A stretch of 64,000 nucleotides of DNA from Candidatus Ozemobacteraceae bacterium (GTDB lineage Bacteria; Muiribacteriota; Ozemobacteria; Ozemobacterales; Ozemobacteraceae). Shown piece after piece: positions 40,619 to 49,636 of this stretch. A program made the translations under genes and the position numbers. The notes under the pieces are model-generated. The model had not been told where the DNA came from, did no database searches, and worked only from the letters and a program-made list of their open reading frames with translations. The stretch lies in NCBI GenBank assembly GCA_965140445.1, contig OZ223236.1:1856001-1920000 (forward strand). The letters run 5' to 3'. Numbering within the stretch: the first letter of the stretch is position 1; every line of letters begins with the position of its first letter.

Positions 40619-41731
40619 GTCATTCTTCCTTTGAAGCCTTTTGGTATCAGATTGCTTGAAGAGATGGAAAGAATTCACAGGAATTCTAGCAATTACTTCT
40701 TCGCCAACTTCAACTTTTACAGAAGGATCAACTCTTGCATTTATGCTATGGCCATTACCAACCAGATATAGATAGGTTTCAGCACCCATAGGCTCAATGA
40801 GATCTACTCTGCAAGGGATATTCAGAGATTTTACATCAGGCTCTGTGTCGTTTATTAAAATATGCTCTGGGCGAATTCCAATAAAAAGATCATTTTCAGG
40901 AAGATCAGAAAAATGCTCTGAGAGGTTGATTTCCCAATCGTGATCCTTGCCTTCTTCTTTTGGAGGAAGGGCTAATCCCTTACCGGTTTTTTTAACTTTA
41001 AGAATGTTCATTGGTGGTGAGCCAATAAAAGTAGCTACAAAAACATTGGCAGGCTTATCATAAATTACTGCAGGGACATCATACTGTTGAATAACCCCTT
41101 CATGAAGAAGAACTATTCTGTCGGCCATGGTCATAGCTTCAACCTGATCATGGGTAACATAAACAAAAGTTGTTCTTAAGCGTTGATGGAGCTTCTTAAT
41201 TTCAGCTCTCATTTGAACTCTGAGCTTAGCATCCAGGTTTGATAGAGGTTCGTCCATCAAGAAAACTTTTGGTTCCCTGACAATAGCTCGTCCAAGAGCT
41301 ACTCTCTGTCTTTGTCCACCAGAAAGTTGTTTTGGTAGTCTGTCCAAATATTCTGTCAAACCAAGAATTTTGGCAGCCTCTTCTACGCGTTTGCCAATTT
41401 CATCAATTGGAAATTTTCTTAATTTCAAACCAAAAGAAAGGTTGTCTCTTACGTTCATGTGAGGATAAAGAGCATAATTCTGGAAAACCATGGCGATGTC
41501 TCTATCTTTTGGTGGAAGATCATTTACAACAGTTTCGTCAATCTTGATTTCACCTTCTGTGATATCTTCAAGACCGGCAACCATTCTCAGGCTTGTACTT
41601 TTACCACAACCAGATGGACCGACAAGAACAACAAATTCTTTGTCATTAATGAAAAGGTCTATTCCTTTTACAGTGGATTCTTTTGCGCCTTCATATTTTT
41701 TTACAACTTTGGAAAAGGTTATTGAAGCCAT
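40616..41731 (-). CDS. Sugar ABC ATPase (MalK/MsmX/UgpC family)
   Basis: GPSGCGKS, VFQNYALYPHM, LSGGQRQR, MDEPLSNLD, YVTHDQ, C-terminal TOBE domain. Confidence 0.95.
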   Translation of the reverse strand: MASITFSKVVKKYEGAKESTVKGIDLFINDKEFVVLVGPSGCGKSTSLRMVAGLEDITEGEIKIDETVVNDLPPKDRDIAMVFQNYALYPHMNVRDNLSFGLKLRKFPIDEIGKRVEEAAKILGLTEYLDRLPKQLSGGQRQRVALGRAIVREPKVFLMDEPLSNLDAKLRVQMRAEIKKLHQRLRTTFVYVTHDQVEAMTMADRIVLLHEGVIQQYDVPAVIYDKPANVFVATFIGSPPMNILKVKKTGKGLALPPKEEGKDHDWEINLSEHFSDLPENDLFIGIRPEHILINDTEPDVKSLNIPCRVDLIEPMGAETYLYLVGNGHSINARVDPSVKVEVGEEVIARIPVNSFHLFKQSDTKRLQRKND

Positions 41732-41745
41732 CTATAGCCCTCGCT

Positions 41746-42213
41746 TTACAATATATCGCTTAATAGCACTGGTTCATTTTGCGGTGTCGGTTGGAAAATG
41801 GGCGATAACCCAGTTTCAAGTATCAAATTAAAATGTTTTCTATCGGAATGGTCAACATGCAGAGCTTCAAAAAGTTCTTCTTTATTATCTCTGGAATGCA
41901 TTCCACCCACATTAAAGATCTCTGGTTTTATACCGTTTTCGAGACATTTCCAGGCATCTTCAGGTGAAGTGACTAATATAAAGGTTTTTTCGTTTACTGC
42001 TTCCGCAGAAATATTATCCGGGGAAACAAACTCAAGCTCAATGTCTACTGGCATGCTAAGAGACATCATCTCCTGTCGCATGAAATCATCGCTGATTTTT
42101 TTATTCACAACAAGTAAAACCTCGGGTTTAACTACGGGAAGCCAACCTACAATTACCTGCCCATGAATCAGCCTGTCGTCTATTCTAAGAAATAATACTG
42201 ATTTTTCCATCAC
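41746..42213 (-). CDS. Mannose-family PTS IIB
   Basis: RIDDRLIHGQV (phospho-His), NVGGMH. Confidence 0.92.
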   Translation of the reverse strand: MMEKSVLFLRIDDRLIHGQVIVGWLPVVKPEVLLVVNKKISDDFMRQEMMSLSMPVDIELEFVSPDNISAEAVNEKTFILVTSPEDAWKCLENGIKPEIFNVGGMHSRDNKEELFEALHVDHSDRKHFNLILETGLSPIFQPTPQNEPVLLSDIL

Positions 42214-42620
42214 TTCTTCTGAGCTCTCTTTTCAAAAAACTCTTTTAAATTTATAATACTTCTAATTCCACTTTCTTGAACTTTTTTTGCTAAAGCCTCA
42301 AGAGTTGAACTTTCCCTATAACCAATTGCTTCTAGAAGCATCGGCAGGTTTACGCCTGTTACAATCTGAATTTTTTCCTGCTTCAACAAATCTACACATA
42401 CATTTGTTGCGCTTCCACCCATAATATCAGTAAGTATCAGACAGCCACTGTCTTTATATTGTTCAATGGCTTCAGTGGTTTTTTGCTTTAAAGTTTCTAA
42501 TGACTCTTTTGCGGTAAAAGAAACTGCATGAACGTTTGCTTGTTCACCCATAATTAGTTTAGAGGTTTTTAACAATTCGTCTGACAATTCACCATGCGTA
42601 ATTAGTATGATTCCTATCAT
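42210..42620 (-). CDS. Mannose-family PTS IIA
   Basis: IILITHG (phospho-His), LTDIMGGS, TGVNLPML. Confidence 0.92.
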   Translation of the reverse strand: MIGIILITHGELSDELLKTSKLIMGEQANVHAVSFTAKESLETLKQKTTEAIEQYKDSGCLILTDIMGGSATNVCVDLLKQEKIQIVTGVNLPMLLEAIGYRESSTLEALAKKVQESGIRSIINLKEFFEKRAQKK

Positions 42621-42626
42621 TCCGGT

Positions 42627-43091
42627 TTAGTCCTCCAAACAATGGTATAAGATTCGCGAAGAGGATATTTCATAATCCACATCCATCCCTGGAATCCCAA
42701 GGCTTCCAAAGATCCCCATTGCCAGATCGTTATCTCGTACAACCAGGCCTATTTTCAGGCCGCCACCAGCAACATTGACCATTGGGCTATCAAAGGAGCG
42801 CAGGATTTCTTCTATTAATTTAGTAATAGAATGCCTGTTTTTCATGTTAATAGAAATAAGGCCGCTGTTTTCAGCTGCCCCAAATGTATTACGAAGAATT
42901 TTGCTTTTTAAGTTATCGCCGCTGCCACCAGCACGTGTGATTACAGCGTTAACACCATTTTCAGCAAGGAAATCAACCAGATCATCGTCCTGGTCATTTT
43001 CTACCATGCTGCACAATAAAGCTGCTTTGGAGAGAGATATCTCCCCATTCTGATTTAAGAAATTCTCAAAAGAAATTTGATTCATGTACAT
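42627..43091 (-). CDS. HutP-family RNA-binding protein (divergent)
   Basis: Aligns by eye to HutP: SKAALL, AAENSGLI..RH, GLKIGLV..LAMGIFGSLG.P..DYE. Confidence 0.72.
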   Translation of the reverse strand: MYMNQISFENFLNQNGEISLSKAALLCSMVENDQDDDLVDFLAENGVNAVITRAGGSGDNLKSKILRNTFGAAENSGLISINMKNRHSITKLIEEILRSFDSPMVNVAGGGLKIGLVVRDNDLAMGIFGSLGIPGMDVDYEISSSRILYHCLED

Positions 43092-43124
43092 TCAGCGCTT
43101 TCAAAAAATACGGTACCAGCGCTC

Positions 43125-43153
43125 ATTATAGGTCTGAGTATGACCAATGTCAA
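43125..43153 (-). promoter_or_regulatory. Consensus sigma70 promoter of the HutP-like/PTS operon
   Basis: Minus strand TTGACA-17 nt-TATAAT, a perfect match. Confidence 0.85.
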
Positions 43154-43263
43154 GAAAAGTTGCTTCAATTAGGCTGGCAGCAAAGGAAAAGGGTTTAGCT
43201 AAGTTAATCTTATTTCTGAACAAATGTATTTAGAAAAATGTAACCTTTGCCGATATTGACGAC

Positions 43264-44328
43264 ATGATTAAAAGGAAGAAATTGATATCAGCTATTACGG
43301 CTGCGTTGATTGCATTAGCTGGAAGCAGTTATGCTCTGGATCTTAGCAGATTTCAGGGTTTTCTTTCAAATTCCGGAAGAAAGGTTACTCCTAAGCGACA
43401 GGAGTATGAACTGGCAGATAAACCAGTGGCTTCACAAAATTATCGGAGTTTGAATGCAGATGCTTCTTATCAGACTAATGGTCAAGGCGACCTTGTGACA
43501 CTTGGACAAAATACCCAGTTAAGGGATGGAGAGAGGTATCTTCTTCCACCTGAAACTAGAGTTCCTGAAGCTTTAAGACCACTGCTCTCGGAACGCAGAA
43601 CACCTAGACAGGGAATAAGTCTTGTTGGTGGATCAGGTGCTATACTAGTGCCTTCGCCCGGTGTTCTGGAACCGGGAAAGACTGCCGTTTCTGTTCACGC
43701 AGCACCATTTGAATTATACAATATTAACGATGTCAAATACACTGATCAAGATTATTTCGACACAAACATCAGTGTTGTATATGGAGTTGGCGATGGCGTT
43801 GAAGTCGGTTTCGATAAAACATTTGCAAATCAGGATCGCTTTGATATAGCAGAACCATTGTTTTTTAACGCCAAGTATCAGGTTCCTGGTAATATTACCG
43901 TAGGTGGAAGTTTTTGTACGGATTCCGAAGCTGCTTATCACTCTGTTTGGGTGAGCGCGGGGGTTCCGGTAGCCTGGGTCGGTGTTGGAGCTAACTTTGG
44001 TGCCGGAGAATATAAATTTAGTTATAATGGCTATGATAGGCTTAAAAGAGCTCGTTTTGGCGGATATAACTATGACTACAATACAGCTAAAGGATATGCT
44101 GATCCCATTTTCTTCCTTGTCGGGGGAGAGGTGCCTTTGAACGATAATCTAAGATTTGCCTATGATTTTAATGGTGATAAATTTAGCCTTGGATTTCGTT
44201 TTAACTACCAGCACGCAGTTTATTTTGACGCTTCGTATATTTCTGATGGTGATTATGAAAATCTGCCTGGCGCAATAGCTCACAAGAAAAATGGTAATTT
44301 TGTTTTTGGCGGAGCGATTGCTTTTTAA
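43264..44328 (+). CDS. Outer-membrane beta-barrel protein (YjbH-like)
   Basis: Signal peptide, GGSGAILVPSP motif, amphipathic Gly/aromatic strands, C-terminal FVFGGAIAF. Confidence 0.75.
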   Translation: MIKRKKLISAITAALIALAGSSYALDLSRFQGFLSNSGRKVTPKRQEYELADKPVASQNYRSLNADASYQTNGQGDLVTLGQNTQLRDGERYLLPPETRVPEALRPLLSERRTPRQGISLVGGSGAILVPSPGVLEPGKTAVSVHAAPFELYNINDVKYTDQDYFDTNISVVYGVGDGVEVGFDKTFANQDRFDIAEPLFFNAKYQVPGNITVGGSFCTDSEAAYHSVWVSAGVPVAWVGVGANFGAGEYKFSYNGYDRLKRARFGGYNYDYNTAKGYADPIFFLVGGEVPLNDNLRFAYDFNGDKFSLGFRFNYQHAVYFDASYISDGDYENLPGAIAHKKNGNFVFGGAIAF

Positions 44329-44351
44329 GTTAAAATTAGCAGGAGGCACCT

Positions 44352-45074
44352 ATGAGTAGTTTTATTAGGAAGTCCTCCTGCTTTACCGTTTTTATTTTAC
44401 TCCTTGTTCCAGCCTGTTTGTCTGCTCTTGATCTGTTTTCCTATGAAGATGACTATGGACGCAAATATGTTGTTGATAGCATTGAGAAGGTGCCTGTAAG
44501 ATTCAGGAACCATGTTAAAAAGAACAAAATTGGCCAATTTAAGCCAGCTAATAAGGAAATTTTTGGTTCAGAAAAAGATAATTTTGTTCTGGAATCTCCC
44601 AAAGTTAAGCCTGAAAAAGACAAATTTATTATTCCGATTTTAGCAGAAGCTCCTCCTGAAATTGATTTGGAAAAAGAAAGAGCTAATCTGGCCAGCGTTA
44701 CAATTATTATTGAAGGAATGACAAAGATTCAGGAAAACAATGAGCAGATGCATCTTTTTTCTCGCACCAATCAGTTGAGACACCCAATCATTCTGACTTT
44801 ACAGAATGAAAATTTTAAAATTCTTAAAGATCTGAAGAATTTTAAAAGCTCAGATTGGGAAGAAGCCAAAGACTTTATGAGCAATTATTCAGAATTGAGT
44901 GAAAAGTTCTGGAAAATTCAGTGGACAGTTTCGAAATGGATAAAAGAGGGTGGGGAAGGAATTAAGACCGGTTTTTTGCCATTGCTGCAAGGTTCTAGAA
45001 GATCGCTCGATAAGCTTAGAATTATTTATAACGAACTAAAAAACAAGATATCTAGTGAAATGGAAGTGAAATAA
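44352..45074 (+). CDS. Exported hypothetical protein (DUF4124-like N-terminal motif)
   Basis: AGGAGG RBS, signal peptide, YEDDYGRKYVVDSIEKVPVRFR. Confidence 0.7.
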   Translation: MSSFIRKSSCFTVFILLLVPACLSALDLFSYEDDYGRKYVVDSIEKVPVRFRNHVKKNKIGQFKPANKEIFGSEKDNFVLESPKVKPEKDKFIIPILAEAPPEIDLEKERANLASVTIIIEGMTKIQENNEQMHLFSRTNQLRHPIILTLQNENFKILKDLKNFKSSDWEEAKDFMSNYSELSEKFWKIQWTVSKWIKEGGEGIKTGFLPLLQGSRRSLDKLRIIYNELKNKISSEMEVK

Positions 45075-45083
45075 TGCCGATAA
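45057..45083 (+). promoter_or_regulatory. Candidate sigma28 (FliA/SigD) promoter
   Basis: GAAA-15 nt-GCCGATAA, 30 nt upstream of a small ORF. Confidence 0.5.
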
Positions 45084-45112
45084 GAAAAGAAAAAGATTCT
45101 CGGAGGCTGAAA

Positions 45113-45244
45113 ATGGAATGCAAGAATTGCAAGGATAGAGCTATTTGTTATAACTTTATTCCTTCCACTAACGAAATTAACCAGAAAAACATGCAACAAG
45201 CTTATCTTAGAACACTTAGGTGCAGAAGGAAGCTTTTTGGCTAA
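45113..45244 (+). CDS. Small Cys-rich protein, 43 aa (absent from the ORF track)
   Basis: GGAGG 6 nt before ATG. MECKNCKDRAICYNFIPSTNEINQKNMQQAYLRTLRCRRKLFG*. Fills the intergenic gap. Confidence 0.6.
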   Translation: MECKNCKDRAICYNFIPSTNEINQKNMQQAYLRTLRCRRKLFG

Positions 45245-45338
45245 ATTCAATATTAATTAAAAGAGACAGTATTTCCAGTCTATATTGGGTATACTGTTTT
45301 TTTGTTTTAGGGACTTTAATTTGGGCAGGTTTGGGACA

Positions 45339-47858
45339 ATGAATTATTTAGAAATCAGGGAATGGTTTAAAAACAATCGAAGCAAGCTTTCCAGAAACGG
45401 GGTTTGGTTTAGTGGCGGTGAGCCAGGAACAATGGAGCCTTCTGTCTTTGATTCTGCCAGCCTGAGAGTCCTCATTGTAAGGCTTTCTGCTTATGATGAT
45501 GTGGCATCGGGTATAACCCACCAATACTTGTTTCAGATGGCAAAAGAAGTTGATGGTTGTTATGTAGATATGGCTTTTTTGCCGCCTGAACGAGATTTAG
45601 CTTTGATGGAAAAAGCGGGGATTCCTCTTTTAACAGGAACCACAAGTAAAAGGCCCGCTATGCAATTTGATGTCATTGCTGTAAGCAACTCCGTGCTTCA
45701 AGAGCTATTGAACTTACCTTTATTAATGAAGCTGAGTAGTATCCCGTTGAGCTTTGAAAACCGCCGAAAGTTGAATGCTCCATTTGTATTGCTTGGTGGA
45801 AGTAATTCTTATTGTCACTCTATTTTGCACGGCGAGACTGGAGAGGGAGAAGGCCTGGTCGACGCTGTTCTTTGCGGAGATGGAGAAGGAAGCTTTGGAA
45901 AAATTCTGGAAATTTTTGCGCAAACCCCTGAATTTACCTGGCAAGAAAGAATTGAACGAGTTATTGCTGAAGTTTGCGGGATTTATTTACCACGATTTTA
46001 TCAGCAAAGCTTTAATGAGGCTGGGCAACTTGTTAAAATTGAAGCTTCAGAAAACGCTCCTTTCCCTGTAAAGGTTAATAAAGCCTGTTTAAATAATTTA
46101 GAGCAAGGATTTGTCAGCGGTCCCCTTTTATATGATGGAAAGTCAGCAGGGTCATCTCATGTGATTTTAACCGCAGGCTGCCCTTCATTTTGCTCTTTCT
46201 GCAAGGAGTCCTGGGAGCAAAAACCATATCGAGAGCGACCTGTTGAAAGAGCAATAGCCGATGCTCTTCTTTTGAAAGCAGATCAAGGACTTCAAGAGAT
46301 TTCATTAATGACTTTTAATTTAAACACATACTCTGGGATCTTTGAATTGTTAACCTCTCTTGACAGCTTTTTTGATCGCGTCGCCTTAAAAAGTCAAAGA
46401 TTTGATTCTATTGCTCGTATGCCTGAATTGCTTGACAGGCAATTGGAAAGCGGGAAAAGGACTTATACCTGCGCTATGGAAGGAGTTAGCGCAAGGCTTC
46501 GTAGTTTTCTGCAAAAGAATCTGTCAGAAAGCGATTTAATGCAGGCTTTTGAAATCCTGTTTAAAAAACAGATCAGACAGTTAAAAATATTTTTAATCCT
46601 TACTGGATACGAAAATGATTCAGATATTGAAGATTTTAAGGAATTTCTTGCAAGCTTGAAATCTTTGCAAAACCGACTTTCTAATAGAACTAAGCTAACA
46701 TTTTCTTTCGCAACTCTTTTTCGACCCCCGCTAACTCCGTTTCAGTTTTCTGATAAACGCTCCTCGATAAATGAAATGACTGACTGTCTTGCAGTTTTGG
46801 TTGAAGAAATCAAGAAAAGCGGCTTTGAATGTAGAATTAGTGCACCTGTTTATGACGCTATTGTTTCAGAGTATGTTGCTTATGCAGATAGAAGGGCTAC
46901 TCAAATTCTTGTCAAATCATCTGTTGAAAAGAAGTTTGTCTATAGAGGAGAAATAAAAGAATTTGTTTGCAATTTCTGGCGAGAAAGCATGAAGGATCTG
47001 GGGTTCAGACATCCTGAAACATACCCGATTGATGAAAGAAAAAAATTGATTTTTCCATGGGATGACATTGCCCCAGGAGTAACAAAGGAATTTTTGTACT
47101 CTAATTATCTGAAGCTTAAAGAAGGTAGTGAAATATTTTCATGTATATCAGAGCCATGGGGAAAAGGCCAATGCAGCGGTTGCGGAGCGTGTTCATCTGT
47201 CGAAGAAATTGATGAAAAAACTCATCTTGGACCTAAATCCAGTGTTTCGTCAATTACTTTGGAACCAGCAAAATTAGCCAAGTTTGTTGTGACCGGACTA
47301 ATTCCTGAAAGCTGGGGATTCTGTGACAGAGAGTTTATAAAAGCGGCAATTAGCAGGAGTTTGATGAATGTGTTTCCCGATTTGGTTAAACCATTTAGGA
47401 AAATTACCAACATTGCTCCAACTCTTTTTTCCTGGGGAAAGTTTGTCGCCGAATTTGAAGTTGAAGATAGTTGGCGGCCAGATGTTACCTTTCTGAGATC
47501 CATTGAAAAAAAATGGAATGAGATTTTCATTGAGAGCGTAGAACGTTCAGTTAAAGGGGCTCTGGATAATATATTCCCGGCAAATGTTCAAATTGATCTT
47601 GCTTCAATTCCCGAGAATGCTACTGAAATATCTAGAAATGTTGATCAATTACTTACAAAATATAAAATTAAGCATCTGAAAAAAAGAGCCGGCAGTTCAA
47701 TGAGTTGGGAAATTAACTCAGGACAGGCAAAGAAAAGCGGTATTGGTTATATCGCCTTATTTGAATCGGAAAAGCGCCTGGAAATGGTGCTCCAAAAGTG
47801 GCCTGAAATATTTTTGATAAATAAAATTTCATTTGGGAATCCTTTAAAAATTGTTTGA
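45339..47858 (+). CDS. Radical SAM protein (TIGR03960-like architecture) with Cys-rich C-terminal extension
   Basis: GCPSFCSFC (CxxxCxxC), FDVIAVSNSVLQELLN, LLGGSN, FPWD and CSGCGAC. ATG 45339 preferred over TTG 45285. Confidence 0.82.
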   Translation: MNYLEIREWFKNNRSKLSRNGVWFSGGEPGTMEPSVFDSASLRVLIVRLSAYDDVASGITHQYLFQMAKEVDGCYVDMAFLPPERDLALMEKAGIPLLTGTTSKRPAMQFDVIAVSNSVLQELLNLPLLMKLSSIPLSFENRRKLNAPFVLLGGSNSYCHSILHGETGEGEGLVDAVLCGDGEGSFGKILEIFAQTPEFTWQERIERVIAEVCGIYLPRFYQQSFNEAGQLVKIEASENAPFPVKVNKACLNNLEQGFVSGPLLYDGKSAGSSHVILTAGCPSFCSFCKESWEQKPYRERPVERAIADALLLKADQGLQEISLMTFNLNTYSGIFELLTSLDSFFDRVALKSQRFDSIARMPELLDRQLESGKRTYTCAMEGVSARLRSFLQKNLSESDLMQAFEILFKKQIRQLKIFLILTGYENDSDIEDFKEFLASLKSLQNRLSNRTKLTFSFATLFRPPLTPFQFSDKRSSINEMTDCLAVLVEEIKKSGFECRISAPVYDAIVSEYVAYADRRATQILVKSSVEKKFVYRGEIKEFVCNFWRESMKDLGFRHPETYPIDERKKLIFPWDDIAPGVTKEFLYSNYLKLKEGSEIFSCISEPWGKGQCSGCGACSSVEEIDEKTHLGPKSSVSSITLEPAKLAKFVVTGLIPESWGFCDREFIKAAISRSLMNVFPDLVKPFRKITNIAPTLFSWGKFVAEFEVEDSWRPDVTFLRSIEKKWNEIFIESVERSVKGALDNIFPANVQIDLASIPENATEISRNVDQLLTKYKIKHLKKRAGSSMSWEINSGQAKKSGIGYIALFESEKRLEMVLQKWPEIFLINKISFGNPLKIV

Positions 47859-47907
47859 TTGAAACAGCCAATTGACACGGGATTTTATTGGGTTGTAATC
47901 TAGGTGT

Positions 47908-48558
47908 ATGAAAATAGAAGAAATGCATAATCATTATTATTACGAACAAATGGCTCAAAAGCAGGGTTTTAAAAATATTGCCGGTGGCGATGAAGCCGGG
48001 CGTGGACCATGGGCCGGTCCTGTTTACGCGGCATTTGTAATTCTTCCTCAAGATGAAAAAATAATTGGTCTGGATGATTCCAAGAAGCTTTCCAGAAAAA
48101 AAAGAAAAGAATTATACGAAGAAATTACTTCCAGGGCCTCCTGCTATGGTATTGGAACAGCTACTGCAGAAGAAATAGATAAGTATAATATTCTTGAAGC
48201 TACTCGATTAGCCTTTTCCAGGGCATTTGAAAATCTCAAAGTTCAGCCAGATTATGTTTTGCTGGATTATATTAAGCTACCATGGTTAACACTCCCCCAT
48301 AGAGCTTTTGCCAAGGGAGAATCCATAAGCGCTTCCGTTGCCGCGGCTTCTATTTTGGCTAAAGAAGCTCGTGACATTTTTATGGAAGATGCTGGCGAAA
48401 AATTTCCAGGTTATGGTTTTGAAAAGCACATGGGATACGGGACAAAAGTTCATCAGGAAGCCCTTATAGAAAAAGGGATATGTCCTCTTCATAGAAAGAC
48501 ATTTAAGCCTGTTAAAAAGTTTCTCCCAACAGATTTAAGAAATGAAACTCTTTTTTGA
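47908..48558 (+). CDS. rnhB: Ribonuclease HII
   Basis: GDEAGRGPWAGPV, DDSKKL, AAASILAK, HMGYGT, HRKTF. Confidence 0.96.
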   Translation: MKIEEMHNHYYYEQMAQKQGFKNIAGGDEAGRGPWAGPVYAAFVILPQDEKIIGLDDSKKLSRKKRKELYEEITSRASCYGIGTATAEEIDKYNILEATRLAFSRAFENLKVQPDYVLLDYIKLPWLTLPHRAFAKGESISASVAAASILAKEARDIFMEDAGEKFPGYGFEKHMGYGTKVHQEALIEKGICPLHRKTFKPVKKFLPTDLRNETLF

Positions 48559-49621
48559 TTCTTCATCTCACAATCTTAGCAATGGACAAAATGTTAAGGC
48601 GGAAGTTGTAGCAAAAGAATCAGGAAGCTCGCTTTTAATTATTAATGGATCTCCACAAAAGGTTGATGGAGAACTTAATGTGGGGCAGGAGATTGCTGGG
48701 AAAGTTGTAATCTCAAGTGACGGTAGAGTTGGGCTTGAGATTTCCTCTGCTACAGAAGGGAAAATTGATTATTCAAAGGTTCTTTCTCAGCTCGGCTTAA
48801 ATAACAGCTCAGAAAATAGAGAGCTTTTGGCCGCATTCAGCAGGTTTGGACTCCCATTTGATAGAAATATGCTTTTAAATGCAATTGCTATTGCAGGTAA
48901 GTTTGCATTATCAAAAGGATTGGCAGATTCTATTGCTTTTTCCATGCTAAAAGGGGTTCCAGAAAGTAAAATTGCTTTGGTTTTAAAATACTTTGAGGGA
49001 AAGTTAAAGTTTGATGAGCTTTTTTCAAAACTACAAAATTCTTTTTCTGCTGAACTTAAGCAAGCCTGGAGTGAGGGTGAGATTTTAAAAAAGGTTTTTG
49101 GGTTGATTGGTGCAAAAGGAAGCGAAAACTCATTTGGGTTTGATGAGTTAAAAAAGGAGTTTGCAGAAAAACTGGCAGAGAATTTTGACTTTCAAAGTGT
49201 TTTGTCAGATTCAAACGACAAAAGCGCTGAGAATAAGGTCTATTTCCAATGGCCTTTATTTTGGCAAAATTCTAGCCTTCCGGATACATTAGAGGGTGAA
49301 GCTTTTTATTCCCCAAAAGATAAACAAAATGAGCATGGGTTCAGTATTAGGATAAGAGTGTCCCCACCCAATCTTGGAAATATGGAAATATCTTTGAATA
49401 AGATAAGGGATTCTGTTTGGGTACACTTTGCTGTTGAGTCTGGTGAGTCTGAGCAAGAGATTAGAGGAATTTTTCTGAATATCAGACAAGCTTTAAAAAA
49501 CTTTGGATGGGATGAGGTAAAGATTTCTTCCGGGAGGTTGGCAAAGGAAGCTGGATTTTTTTTAAGGTCAACAATTGGCCCTGCCAAGCCAGCAAAGCAA
49601 TTGTTAGATTTAAAGGCATGA
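48542..49621 (+). CDS. FliK-like C-terminal-domain protein (YlqG-like)
   Basis: IRVSPPNLGNMEISL..VWVHFAVE, ends LLDLKA, located between rnhB and a FlhB-like gene. Confidence 0.7.
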   Translation: MKLFFDSSSHNLSNGQNVKAEVVAKESGSSLLIINGSPQKVDGELNVGQEIAGKVVISSDGRVGLEISSATEGKIDYSKVLSQLGLNNSSENRELLAAFSRFGLPFDRNMLLNAIAIAGKFALSKGLADSIAFSMLKGVPESKIALVLKYFEGKLKFDELFSKLQNSFSAELKQAWSEGEILKKVFGLIGAKGSENSFGFDELKKEFAEKLAENFDFQSVLSDSNDKSAENKVYFQWPLFWQNSSLPDTLEGEAFYSPKDKQNEHGFSIRIRVSPPNLGNMEISLNKIRDSVWVHFAVESGESEQEIRGIFLNIRQALKNFGWDEVKISSGRLAKEAGFFLRSTIGPAKPAKQLLDLKA

Positions 49622-49636
49622 AATTTGTTGTCATGA

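Noticed and set aside
45026..45250. 74-aa minus-strand ORF in the ORF track
   Set aside because: No RBS or motif, overlaps the upstream gene, and the + strand 43-aa ORF has much better signals.
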